From the NCBI RefSeq assembly GCF_009914755.1, contig NC_060930.1: a stretch of 64,000 nt of DNA. One strand, written 5' to 3'. This document shows, one piece after another, positions 32,624 to 45,574 of the stretch. Source of the stretch: the human T2T-CHM13v2.0 reference genome, Homo sapiens. The translations under genes were made by a program, and so were the position numbers. Under the pieces are notes generated by a model that ran no database searches, had not been told where the DNA came from, and saw only the letters and a program-made list of their open reading frames with translations. Numbering within the stretch: the first letter of the stretch is position 1; every line of letters begins with the position of its first letter.

Positions 32624-35600
32624 TAAATAAAGGATGTTCAAATAGGAAGCGAGGAAGTCAAATTGTCTCTGTTTGCAGATGACATGATTGTATATTTAGA
32701 AAACCCCATTGTCTCAGCCCAAAACCTCCTTCAGCTGGTAAGCAACTTCAGCAAAGTCTCAGGATACAAATCAATGTGCAAAAATCACAGGCATTCCTAT
32801 ACACGAATAATAGACAGAGAGCCAAATCATGAGTGAACTCCCATTAACAATTGCTATAAAGAGAATAAAATACCTAGGAATACAACTTACAAAGGGTATG
32901 AAGGACCTCTTCAAGGAGAACTGTAAACCACTACTCAAGGAAATAAGAGAGGACACAAACAAATGGACATTCCATGCTCATGGATAGGAAGAATCAATAT
33001 TGTGAAAATGGCCATACTGTCCAAAGTAATTTATAGATTCAATGCTATCCCCATCAAGCTACCATTGACTTTCTTCACAGAATTAGAAAAAACTACTTTA
33101 AAGTTCATATGGAACCAAAAAAGAGCCTGCATTGCCAAGACAATCCTAAGCAAAAAGAACAAAGCTGGAGGCATCATGCTACCTGACTTCAAACTATACT
33201 ACAAGGCTACAGTAACCAAAACAGCATCGTACTGGTACCAAAATAGAGATATAGACCAATGGAACAGAACAGAGGCCTCAGAAATAACATTACACACTTA
33301 CAACCATCTGATCTTTGACAAACCTGATAAAAACAAGCAATGGGGAAAGGATTCCCTATTTAATAAATGGCATTGGGAAAACTGGCTAGCTGTATGCAGA
33401 AAACTGAAACTGCATCCCTTTCTTACACCTTATACAAAAATTAACTCGAGATGAATTAAAGACTTAAAAGTAAGACCTAAAACCATAAAAATCCTAGAAG
33501 GAAACCTAGGCAGTACCATTCAGGATATAGGCATGGGCAAAGACTTCATGACCAAAATACCAAAAGCAATGGTAACAAAAGCCAAAATTGACAAATGGAA
33601 TCTAATTAAACTAAAGAGCTTCTGTATAGCAGAAACTATCATCACAGTGAACAGGCAACCCACAGAATGGAAGAAAAATTTTGCAATCTATTTATCTGAC
33701 AAAGGGCTAATATCCAGAATCTATAAGGAACTTAAACAAATTTACAAGAAAAAAACAAACAACCCCATCAAAAATTGGGCAAAGGATATGAACAGACACT
33801 TCTCAAAAGAAGACATTTATGAGGCCTACAAACATATGAAAAAATGCTCATCATCACTGATCTCTAGAGAAATGTAAACCAAAACCACAATGAGATACCA
33901 TCTCACATCAGTTAGAATGGTGTTCATTAAAAAGCAGGAAACAACAGATGCTAGAGAGGATGTGGAGAAATAGGAATGCTTTTACACTGTTGGTGGGAGT
34001 GTAAATTAGTTCAGCCATTGTGGAAGATAGTGTGGTGATTCCTCAAGGATCTAGAACCAGAAATACCATTTGACCTAACAATCCCATTACTGGGATGTAC
34101 CAAAAGAATTATAAATCATTCTACTATAAAGACACATGCACACGAATGTTTGTTGCAGCACCATTCATAATAGCAAAGACTTGGAACCAACCCAAATGCC
34201 CGTCAATGGTAGACTGGATAAAGGAAATGTGGCACATATACATCATGGAATACTATGCAGCAAAAAAAAGAATGAGTTCATGTCCTTTGCAGGGACATGG
34301 ATGAAGCTGGAAACCATCATTCTCAGCAAACTAACACTGTAACAGAAAACCACACAACGCATGTTCTCACTCAGAAGTGGGAGTTGAACAATGAGAACAT
34401 ATCAGCACAGAAAGGGGAACATCACATATCAGGACCTGTAGGGGGGTTGGGGGCAAGGGAAGGGATAGTATTAGGATAAATATCTAATGTAGATGACGGG
34501 TTGATGAGTGCAGCAAACCACCATGGCACATGTATACCTATGTAACAAACCTGAACGTTCTGCACACGTATCCCAGAACTTAAAGTATAATGAATGAATA
34601 AATAAATAAAAATAAAGCTTGAAAAAAATACAAATAAACTCGAGTTGGACAGACACTTTGTGAGCTTATGCTCTGGCAGGTTACACTTAACACCTCTGAG
34701 AAGACCCAGAGCTCAGACTTTGACAGGACCACACCCGGTTAGCCTCTGAGCTAACCTCCAAAGCATCGCCTTCTAGTACTGGCATTGCCCTCTAGCATAC
34801 AGGAATCTTATGTGTCCGTGGAGAAATGCTCATATAAAGGTACACCTCAAACTTTAATTTCCACAGACTTTTCTTTCCACAGAAGCCTGCATCCATCCTA
34901 ATAAAGCAACTAGACTTTAATATTTTGGAACTCACTCACAATGTGGTTAATGTATTTGGTCTATCAAGTATGTTCTCTGTGAAATTTGTTTACATAATTC
35001 ACCCCCTCTTTAAGCATTGTGAAGCAAAAGAAAAGAAATCTCTTTATATGGCAACAAACTATGTGATCTGTGAAATCATGCTTTAATTATCTCTTTATTT
35101 TAACCATACAAAACAGGAGGGGAAGTGTTTTGTATGCATTTAGTAACAAGAGAATAAAAGTTAGGTGGAACTGAATCAAAGATGAAAAGAATCAGAGATT
35201 ATTTTCTTAGAGGGAAGATTTGAAGACACAGGATAGACTGAGGAATGAAATGAAGTAAGTAAATTCATGACTTAAAAATTTCCTGGGGTGTGATGATGGC
35301 TCATCAATGATTCAACAATAGGATTTGTTCCTACATACGGGACAGGACATAAAATAAAACTTAATTATACTTTGTCCTTAGAACAATGTCTTGTACACAG
35401 TAAGCTCAATAAATATATGTTGATTAAATATGAATGCGTGGAGGAGATAAGATTCTATCTAAAGACATGAAAAGTATGACTATAAACTAAAGCAGTGTGA
35501 TTTCAAGTAATAAAGGTACATGTTAAAGCTAAGATAAAATTCAATGAAAACAAGTAACTTATGAAAACATTATGAAAAATGATATATAAAAATATAAATT

Positions 35601-36935
35601 CAAATTAAGACATTCTTCCAAAAATTTTATTATATTGTATTTGATGTCCTTAAAACATGAATGAATTAGATCTAAATTAACTAAGTGCTTATGGTCTGTA
35701 TGTTTGCATTTCCTTCATGTTTATGATTCTCTATTAGCACATTGCAGATTTCTGGAGGACAAGGATCATTACTTTTGTTGAATTTTTATTTATTTATTTG
35801 TTATAACATATGATATTCATACACTAATATTTCACAAACTGATATACGTAGCACAAAATATGTGAATTTAATTGTGCCTATTTTAATTTATTATTGCTAA
35901 CAAAAATGCTGATAATTGCCTACTATATAAAAGATAAACACAGTTTTGTGGCCACCACACTTCTTTCCTGATTTAATTCTATTTCCGTAGGTACCTTCTA
36001 AACCTATTTTGAGCTTTATGCCTCATTAATTCAAAAAGGTGATATTAAAACTCTGTTCACAGGTGGCATAGACCTTTGAGATGTCAATCATTATGAGTAT
36101 GATTGGAGAAAGAAGTGGTTCATAGAGAACTAAAACCAGGCTTGAAATACAATTATTTAGAGTCTTTAAACCAGGGCAACTCTATGCTCATTTCACGTGA
36201 CATGTGTTAAGCATATAGATTTATATTGAGATTTTAGAATATGACAGTGACAACAGAGCTCTTGCAAGTTTCGATAGATCTCCGAAGAGCCTAGGTTTTA
36301 AAATAATATTTATTAGCTGTAGTAAACGCCTTTATGTATGATTTTGAAAATTGATTATCCAATGTTATATTTTAAAGAACTTGTTTTTAAAAATATGTCA
36401 ATCATTCACTTGGAATCTACATATAACATGACAAAGCTAAGAACTTTGTTGAATCATGTCCCTGCCCCAATTAGCCCCACACTCTCCTCTCAATTCTCTT
36501 CAGTATAATGAATGTCTGTGCTATGTTTAACCATCTTTCAAGAATCACCTCTTAGAGAGTCTCCGAGAAATTCCATTTGAATGTTTAGCTATTGCCATTG
36601 TCAAGTAATGCTTCAGTAAGATAACTTTCCATTGTGTATACAAACACATGCACAAATTCCCAAAACAAAATCTAAAGGGATATGTTTTTGTTAAATGACC
36701 ACCTTGCATCATTCTTTAATAGCTGGAGATCTTAGTAAAGCTCAGGAGCTATCTGGGTTTGAGAGGGCACATAAAATACCCAGTTAATCTTAGACTTTAG
36801 ATTGTCACAGGAAGTTCATCTTCACTGGGAAGTAAAATAGCTGGTCCCACTCTGCATGCATTCATTCCTTCTAATGTACATTTCCCCCATTTTTCTTTAT
36901 AACATAACCTTGAAAACTGTGGCCAGCTAAAAGAC

Positions 36936-37157
36936 TATGGTTGACTCTTGAACAACACAGGTTTCAATTGCACTTACACACAGATGGAAAATACAGAATT
37001 GGCAGAATGCAAAACCTGAGTACAGGGAGGGCTGACTTTCTGCGTTCATGGATTCTGCAGGGCAAATGTGGGTTTAGAGTATATGTGGATTTTGGTATTG
37101 GGGGTGGGGGAGTCTTGGAGCCAATCCCACGTATACCATATACCTACGACAACTGTA
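36936..37157 (+). mobile_element. TcMar-Tigger MITE (Tigger2/MER8-like)
   Basis: gttgactcttgaacaacacaggttt start, ggattttggta...ggagccaatccc, caactgta end. Confidence 0.7.
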
Positions 37158-37184
37158 TTTCCCAAACTCTCTTTCAGCATTATT

Positions 37185-37545
37185 TGGCCATATGATTAAA
37201 CTCCAGGCAATGAGATGTAAGTAGAAGCACGTGAGACTTCTGGGAAAGATCTTTGAAAGCATAGGTACTGGCCTGGAATGTAGACATAGAAGCTGAAGCT
37301 CTAGCAACTATCTTGTTTTGGAAGTGACCTTGAATATGGAAACCACGCACAGGAGACGGTGGAGCCTGGGCCCCTAATATTTATGCTTCACCATCTCCTG
37401 TGCATCTCCTGTGCTGCCAAACTAGGCCTGGACTTTCTATCTCTGGATTTCATTTAGATTACAGTAAAATGAACTTCCCTATTATTTAAGCTACTGTTAT
37501 TTTTTCTTTCTGTTACATGCAGCTGAATATAATTTTAACTGATAT
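37185..37545 (+). mobile_element. MLT1 (MaLR) LTR fragment
   Basis: ggcaatgagatgtaagtagaag and tttaagctactgttatttt...gcagctgaa...taactgata motifs. Confidence 0.6.
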
Positions 37546-37657
37546 GTCACATAAAAGCTATGAATGCTAATCCAAAAAGTGGACTAATCCAAAACTTTCT
37601 CCCCTAACAACTTGCCCATATGCCTAAAATTCTCAACATTAAAATTAAGTTATTTTG

Positions 37658-38303
37658 CAACAGGCCCCGGTGTGTGGTGTTCCCCTTCCTGTGTCCATGT
37701 GTTCTCATTGTTCAATTCCCACCTATGAGTGAGAACATGCGGTGTTTGGTTTCTTGTCCTTGCGATAGTTTGCTGAGAATGATAGTTTCCAGCTTCATCC
37801 ATGTCCCTACAAAGGACATGAACTCATCATTTTTTATGGCTGCATAGTATTCCATGGTGTACATGGGCCACATTTTCTTAATCCAGTCTATCATTGTTGG
37901 ACATTTGGCTTGGTTCCAAGCCTTTGCTATTGTGAATAGTGCTGCAATAAACATGCGTGTGCATGTGTCTTTATAGCAGCATGATTTATAATCCTTTGGG
38001 TATATACCCAGTAATGGAATTACTGGGTCAAATGGTATTTCTAGTTCTAGATCCCTGAGGAATCGCCACACTGACTTCCACAATGGTTGAACTAGTTTAC
38101 AGTCCCACCAACAGTGTAAAAGTGTTCCTGTTGTGCGGTGGGGGGAGGGTGGAGAGATAGCATTAGGAGATATACCTAATGTTAAATGACGAGTTAATGG
38201 GTGCAGCACACCAACATGGCACATGTATACATATGTAACTAACTTGCACGTTGTGCACATGTACCCTAAAACTTAAAGTATAATAAAAAAATAAAATAAA
38301 AAT
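37658..38303 (+). mobile_element. L1PA4/5-like 3' fragment with 5' inversion
   Basis: 37658-38128 antisense, 38127-38303 sense with A tail. TSD aaaattaagttattttg at 37641-37657 and 38304-38320. Confidence 0.95.
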
Positions 38304-38741
38304 AAAATTAAGTTATTTTGGCATTAAGGCATTATTTCTAAATGCTTCTATTAAGATATATATGCTCCATAAGGGTGAACTAAGTAAGTTTGCTTAATAA
38401 GGGTCTAAGAGTAGAGCTTTGAGAGTGGTAGAGATGGTGCAGGCATAATAATGTTGCCATGGGCAACTGGAGCTGTGTCTAGGGCAAAAAAGGAAAAGGA
38501 CTGGGCATTGCAGATATGTTCACTTACTTTACACTATTGCCAATAAGGAAACATGACCTCATGGAAAATATTTTCCTTAAAGTTAAGTTTTGCCTTAGAA
38601 ATGATGTGATGCTAAATCATCTTCAAAATCTATTATTACATTAAAGAACTTTAAAAACAGCTCAATGTCTTAATATTTAACTAATTCAATAAATATATTT
38701 AAACTCTTAATATTTATTGCTCTTTTAAAAATCTAAGTTCA

Positions 38742-39039
38742 GGCCGGGCGCGGTGGCTCACGTCTGTAATTCCAGCACTTTGGGAGGCCGAGGTGGGCGG
38801 ATCACGAGGTCAGGAGATCGAGACCATCCTGGCTCACACGGTGATACCCCGTCTCTACTAAAAATACAAAAAATTAGCCGGGCGCAGTGGTGGGCGCCTG
38901 CAGTCCCAGCTACTGGAGAGGCTGAGGCAGGAGAATGGCGTGAACCCGGGAGGCGGAGCTTGCAGTGAGCCGAGATCGCTCCACTCTACTCCAGCCTGGG
39001 CGACAGAGCGAGACTCCCTCTGAAAAAAAAAAAAAAAAA
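38742..39039 (+). mobile_element. AluY
   Basis: gagaatggcgtgaacccgggaggcggagcttgcag diagnostics, CpG-rich, short TSD aagttca. Confidence 0.95.
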
Positions 39040-39239
39040 AAGTTCAAATTACTAATAATTTTATTCTCCTCATGCCATTGATATCTTATATGACCTGAAA
39101 CATCCTTATGCTCTTGTAACTAGGTTTCTCTAGTGTATTTGAAAACCGTGTTCTAAGGCTTGGTTGTGTCCATTTTTTTTACTCAAAAGTCAAAAATGAG
39201 ACTTTATTAGGGTGACACTACCTATGGATGGATGGAGGG

Positions 39240-39460
39240 AAGAGGGTATACTCTGAAGCTAAACTGCCTGGATTTGAAACTTGACTCTATCACTTACTAG
39301 CTATGTGAGCCTAAGAACGTTGTTTAACCTCACCATGCCTCATTTTTCTCATGTGTAGAAAGGAAATAATAATAACGCCTACCTCATAGGTTTGTAGTGA
39401 GAATTAACTAAGTCAATTTTTATAAGGCACGTAGAACTTGGCCTACATGTTTGCTCAATA
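39240..39460 (+). mobile_element. MIR
   Basis: actgcctggatttgaa...cacttactagctatgtga...cctcatttttctcatgtgtagaa...cctacctcatagg core. Confidence 0.8.
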
Positions 39461-39522
39461 CATTAGATACAATTCAGTTAGTATATGAAAAGAATGTAGG
39501 ATTGAAACATGGGTTTTAGATT

Positions 39523-41070
39523 TTTTTTAAATAGAAACCATGCTACTTTATTAAAATACTGAGTTTTATTTCATATGTATATTTTTGTCTCCCCCCCATT
39601 TCCATGTCCGACCACCACTACTACTGTGTCCTATCATAACATTCCCTACATACTTAAAACCAACTAAATGGTGGAGTTCCATCTTTAAAAACTAAACAGG
39701 CATTTTTTAAATTTTACTTTAAGTTCTGGGATACATGTGCTGAACATGCAGGTTTGTTACATAGGTATACATGTGCCATGGTGGTTTGCTGCACCCATCA
39801 ACCCGTCATCTAGGTTTTAAGCTCCGCATGCATTAAGTATTTGTCCTAATGCTCTCCCTTCCTTTCCCCCCTACCTCTCGACAGACCCCAGTGTGTGATG
39901 TTCCCTTCCCTAAAACAGGCATTTTGGACAACAACACATTCTTGGCAATAGAACCTGAACAACATTTGTCAAACGTGGTAGGAGAAGTTCTCACTCTGCA
40001 TAATAAAAAAGACAGCCAGATATCAACGGTTACAGAAATGGAATAAGATGGAAAATTTTTAACAAATTGTTTAAACTATTTTCTTAAAGAGACTTCCTCC
40101 AGTGCCAGAGATCTTGAATAGCCTCCTGGTCAGTCATCCACAAGCAATTCTTCACATAATTGATGAACTTGGCTTCCACTTTGAGAAGAGAACCACCTTT
40201 TTCTATACTTGCATTTTTGCTTTGTTTTCTACAGAACTATGTCCTTTATGTGTTTCAGGAGTTTTTTCCTGTTTTTTGAAGGATTCTTGTCCTTTTGATC
40301 TTGGTGTTGATTTTTGTCCTTTTGATCTTGGTGTTGACTCAAAAGGCTTTGAGTCTTTTCCATTCTAGTTTGACTTTTGTGCATTTTTGGCTGGAGTATC
40401 TCCTATAGATTTCTTCACTGCAGCTTTTTCTTCAGTTTTCTCATCATCAAAATCACCATCATCATCATCTTCGGCATTATCATCATCATCTTATTCATCA
40501 GCAGCAAGTTTTACTTTTCTCTGTGGAATCTTGCTACCACCTCCAGGGGCAGATCGCCTTCCAGGTACACTTAAGAGTTTCACATCCTCCTCCTCTTCAT
40601 CTTCTGACTCTGCATCTTCCTCCACAACTAGTCAGTGCTGTCCAGTAATATGCACTGATCCTGAACAACGCTTCAATTATAAGACCACTGGTAGTGTGAT
40701 TTCAAAGCCCCCAAGGGAAACTGTTGGCTGTACAGACATTTTCAAAGTTGCCAGTGTTACCTTAGTTGGATTGCCTTCATAATTCATTGTCTCTGCTTCA
40801 ACAATGTGCAACTTATCCTTCGCACCAGCCCCTAAACTGACCGTTCTTCAAGATAACTGGTGCTCATTTTCATCATTATCCACCTTAAAGTGATCATCTT
40901 TGTTGGCCTTCAGTTCACAATTGAAAAGATAGTTCTGGGGCCTCAGGGTCATGTCTATGTCCATGAAATCTTCCATGGGATGGTGGCATGCACTTAGGTG
41001 GGAGAGAAGGCAGACAGAGATAAATGACTACTGCTCCAGAGAATGGCCATGCAGGACGGAATCACACCAA
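39523..41070 (-). pseudogene. NPM1: Processed pseudogene of nucleophosmin (full-length B23.1-type mRNA), CDS remnant 40084-40976
   Basis: Intronless. Start [22 protein letters not shown], acidic tracts, C-terminus [36 protein letters not shown]1 5' and 3' UTRs with AATAAA and poly(A) remnant. TSD gggKtttagatt at 39511-39522 and 41071-41082. In-frame stops (e.g. TAG at 40365-40367). Confidence 0.96.
39707..39910 (-). mobile_element. L1PA8-like 3' fragment (~200 bp) inserted in the NPM1 pseudogene 3' UTR
   Basis: aggttttaagctccgcatgcatt diagnostic. TSD aaacaggcatttt at 39694-39706 and 39913-39925. Confidence 0.9.
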
Positions 41071-41209
41071 GGGGTTTAGATTCTAATATGGGTTCTGCTA
41101 CCTCCTAGTTGTATGATCTTGATTTATTTAAATTGTCTGAGACTCAATTTCCTTACTTGTAAATGAGGATGATAAAGCCAAACTTATGGGGTTATTATAA
41201 TGAGTAAAT

Positions 41210-41392
41210 AGGATGGCCAGGTAAAATACAGAATATGTGGTTAAATATGATTGTTCAGATAAGGAATGAATAATTTTTCAGTATGAGTATGTCCTTTGTA
41301 ATATTTGGGATATACTAATACTAAAATATTTCACTGTAATCAAAATTTAACTGTCCATCCTGTCTTTATCCTCTGTAAATCTGGCAACCCTG
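41210..41392. mobile_element. MER53 palindromic hAT MITE, inserted in a MIR
   Basis: Termini aggatggccag...ctggcaaccct and internal palindrome gtatgagtatgtcc...gggatatactaatac. Confidence 0.8.
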
Positions 41393-42472
41393 TTAGTAAA
41401 TGAGTTAGTTGGCAGTCTCTTCATTTTTCATAAGAGGACATCAATCTTATATATGTATAATATATGTATAATATATATAGAATTCATGTCGAAATAACCC
41501 TTCTGTGATTTTCTGTATGCAAAGAAAGCATTTACTGTAGTTGCCTATATTACTTCCCAAATTCCCCAATATTTTCTTTTTAAATAGAGGTGAGTACTAT
41601 ACCATCACCTGGATTAAGCTTAGCAATATCCTTTGTGGCTTTCATTGTCTTATTTTTCTATTACAAAATAATTGTGACTCTATGAATTGCATAGTTACCA
41701 GGGAAACTCATTTGAATCGAGTTCTCTTAGTGGATAATTATACCTCTAGCAATAACTTGGTGCTAAAAACAAAAATGACATTTTAAGCATGGCTATATCT
41801 GTATTTTGAAGGGGCAATTTGCCCTGTACCCTACAACTAGAGAAGGTAGAAGAAAAAACATGAGAAGACTTTGACAAGTGAATCTGAGCAGCCTTTACCT
41901 TCCAGCAACCTCAGCTAATGACAGGCAATGAGCTATTCTTAAATTTAACTTCTTCTATTGCTGGATAAAGACAATTTGTTCTTCCTAGAACAACCATCTT
42001 TTTTTTTCCTTCTAAGCTGCTATTCCGAAATGAAAATGTAAAAGTGAGGATGAGAAAAGTATACGGTAAAAATATTTTTTCTTGATTTCTTTCTCAAAAG
42101 TTTTAGAAGTTAAAGAGCTTGTGAGAAGAAAAAAATATATAGGCTGAATTTTTAAGCATGAATAAATATGTTTTTCTTGTAGAAATTTTTGAGGCATTTA
42201 TCGATGAATAAAAACAGAAATATTAAGATTTAATCACTTGTATTTATTTGCCAACTTGAAATTGGACAAATGTACTAAAAATAATGTGTCAACATTTTGT
42301 CTTTTGCTTAATCATCTGAAAACATTGCTTAGTGATTAGTGGCTTAGGAAATCTCCTGGTGAAAACAGTAGAGCACTTTTAAAGAAATGTTCATCATCGT
42401 TGCTTTTGGTGCACAGAGGATGGTATTTGGGGGATAATAAGCATGTCTCTGACTCTGGGGAGAAAGGTGATT

Positions 42473-43204
42473 CAGAACTGCCCTTCGACCCAGGCTAGAG
42501 GGGCCCTACCGTGGGTCCTGCCCTTGAGAGGATTGCGTATTTTGCACACATTGAAACGCAAATGTGTCTTATTTTTTTTTTATATTTTGTAGGTAAGTCT
42601 TTGGAAAGTTTGGCAACTGAACTTTCCAGAATTATGGCTGGTGCCCACACACTTTCTAGAGGAAGTGGGGCTGAGGGTGGAGGGAAAGGGTTCTAGATTC
42701 TACTCTGGGAACCCAGAGAAAGAGTGGCGCTTTGGTTTAAGTTGGTGCCTCCACACCACACAGTGTGGGTGTCTAGGCAGGGCAGGGTCCCAGGAAAACA
42801 GTGTGTCTTCCTCTCCTCTAGCTGGGTGGTACGGTTTTGGGAGGTGCTGAGAACATCTTGAAAATCCTGAAGAAAAGTGAGGCTGGGGAAGGGGAATGTG
42901 TTTTTCCTGTCTCCTGGGGAGCTTGACATGGTTGGGACAGGTCTACTCACCACCCAGGAGTCTAGCCCCAGCTTCCACTCTGCCCGGGCCTAGCTAGTCT
43001 CTGATTGATAGGAGGCAAACCTGGTGTGGGACAAGGGGGCTCCTTTAGCCTCTGGGTAGGGTAATTCCTGGAGAACATAGGTGAGAACAAGGTCTGGGCT
43101 GTGGTATAGTTTTGAATTATAACTTCCAACTATTTAGAAATATAGCACGTTGGCCTCCACTTGTATTTTTTTCCCGGGCTCTCCCAATGTTAGTGGTGGG
43201 TCTG
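42473..43204. mobile_element. Possible hAT-Tip100 relic (MER115/MER91-like)
   Basis: GC-richer ~730 bp block ending cccgggctctcccaatgttagtggtgggtctg. Family assignment tentative. Confidence 0.35.
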
Positions 43205-43533
43205 TACAGAAGAATTGAACTCTGAATATGAAAAAATTTTAGGAGTACCTAAATGGAATGTTTTTGCTTATTTTTGTATGTATGCCCTAGAGTAATAACT
43301 TGTTGTAAAAGTCTACTTTTGAAGAAGTAACCAAGGGGTCTTATTGTCAGTCTTAATCTAAGTTTCAAAAAAAGTATATGTCAGTTTATTTTAAAAATTA
43401 TTTTACTTATTAATATTATTTTTGATTGACAAATCATAATCATATACGTTTATGGTATACAGTGTAATGTTTCCGTATATGTATACAATGTGGAATGACT
43501 AAATCAAGCTAACATATCTATCACCTCTCTTAG

Positions 43534-43840
<307 letters not shown>

Positions 43841-44132
43841 TTTACCTATCATTTTTTATGAGACATTTTACATTTACTCTCTTAGTTATTTTGAAATATA
43901 CATTATTATTAACCATAATCATTCTGCTATGCAATAGGTCTCAAAATCTATTACTATTGTCTACTATTGTCTATCTAAATCTTCATACCCTTTGACCAGC
44001 AATTCTTCTTTCCCTCCCTCCCCAACCCTCTAGTAGCCTATGGTAAGCATCTTTCTACTCTCCACTTTTGTAAGTTCAATTTTTTCAGTTTCCACATATA
44101 ACAGATTAGCTGTTCCACATATAACAAGCGAT

Positions 44133-44272
44133 CTGAAGCAGGTGGATCGCTCAAGCTCAGGAGTTGGAGACCATCCTGGGCAACATAGTGAAACCCTGTC
44201 TTGACAAAAAATACAAAAATTAGCCAGACATGGTGGCATGCACCTGTAATCCCAGCTACTGGGGAGGCTGAG
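44133..44272 (+). mobile_element. Internal Alu fragment with no tail or TSD (probable templated copy of the AluJ at 43541-43840)
   Basis: Shares gagttggagaccatc and gctacYggggaggc with the reverse complement of the adjacent AluJ. Confidence 0.85.
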
Positions 44273-44929
44273 CTGTTATATGTGGAAACTAAAAAAAAAA
44301 AAATGAACTTACAGAAGTAGGGAGTAGAATGTGGCATCTGTCTTTTTGTGCTTAGCTTATTTCAGTTAGCAAATGTTCATCAATTCCACATGTTGTCACA
44401 AATGACAGGATTTTCCCCCTTTCTAAGGCCGAATAGTATTCCATTGTGCATATACCCTACCACATTTTCTTTATCCATTCATCCGTTAAAGGGACTCTTA
44501 GGTTGGTTAGTCATAGCTTGACTATTGTGAATGATGTTACAGTGAACATGAAAGTGCAGATATCTCTTTGACATATTGATTTCAGTTCCTTTGGATATAT
44601 ATACCCAGACGTGGGATTAGTGGATTATATGGGAGTTCTATTTTTAGTTTTTTTGAGAAACCTCCATATGATTTTCCATAACAGTTACACTATTATGTAA
44701 CTGTACACAATTTCCACCAACAATGTAAAGAGTTCCCTTATCCCTGCATCTTTGTTATCTTTCATCTTTTTGATAAAAGGTTTTCTAGCAGATGTCAAGT
44801 GATATCTCATAGTGGTATTAATTTTCCTTTCCCTGATGATTAGTGATGCTGAGCATTTTTTGATATACCTGTTGGCCATTTATGTGTCTACTTTTGAGAA
44901 GTATCTATTCAGATCCTTTAACCCCCACC

Positions 44930-45574
44930 TTTTTTTGAGACAGGGTCTCACTCTGGAGTGCAGTGACACACATAGCTCACTGCAGCCCTGACCTCTGATA
45001 TGGTTTGGCTCTGCATCCTCACCCAAATCTCATCTCAAATTGTAATCCCCCCATGTCAAGAGAGGGACCTGAAGGGAAGGTGATTGGATCATGGGGGCAG
45101 TTTCTCCCATGCTGTTCTTGAATTAGTGAGGGAGTACTCACAAGAGCTGATGGTTGTTTTAAAAGTGTTTGGAAGTTCCTTCTTTGCAGCACTTCTCTCT
45201 CTCTCTCCTGCTGCCATGTAAGACATGCCTTGCTTCCCCTTCAACTTTTGCCATGATTGTAAGTTTCCTGAGGCCTCCCCAGCCATGTGGAACTGTGAAT
45301 CAACTAAACCTCCTTTCTTTATAAATTACACAGTGTCAGTTAGTATCTTTATGGCAGTGTGAAAATGTACTAATACACCCAGATTCAACTGATCCTCCCA
45401 CCTCAGCCTACTGAGTAGCTGGGACTACAGGTGCACACCACCATACCCAGCTAATTGTATTTTTTGAAGAAATGTGGTTTTGCCATTTTACCCATACTGG
45501 TCTTGAACTCCTTGGACTCAAGTGCTCTGCCTGCCTTGCCCTCCCAAATACAGACATGAGCCACTGTGCCCAGC
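44930..45574 (-). mobile_element. AluJ split by a THE1 LTR
   Basis: Alu halves at 44930-44995 and 45378-45574 are colinear across the LTR. Confidence 0.88.
44996..45377 (+). mobile_element. THE1D-like solo LTR
   Basis: tgatatggtttggctctg start, ...ctaataca end, ~380 bp. Confidence 0.9.

Noticed and set aside
37900-37920. Variant ttggcttggttcc shared with the L1 at ~59725
   Set aside because: A single shared nucleotide cannot be distinguished from recurrent mutation.
37712-38260. 182-aa minus-strand ORF
   Set aside because: Chimera created by reading across the L1 inversion junction.
40387-40782. 131-aa Ser-rich ORF and neighbouring + strand ORFs
   Set aside because: Antisense reading of the NPM1 acidic (GAT/GAA) tracts, not a gene.
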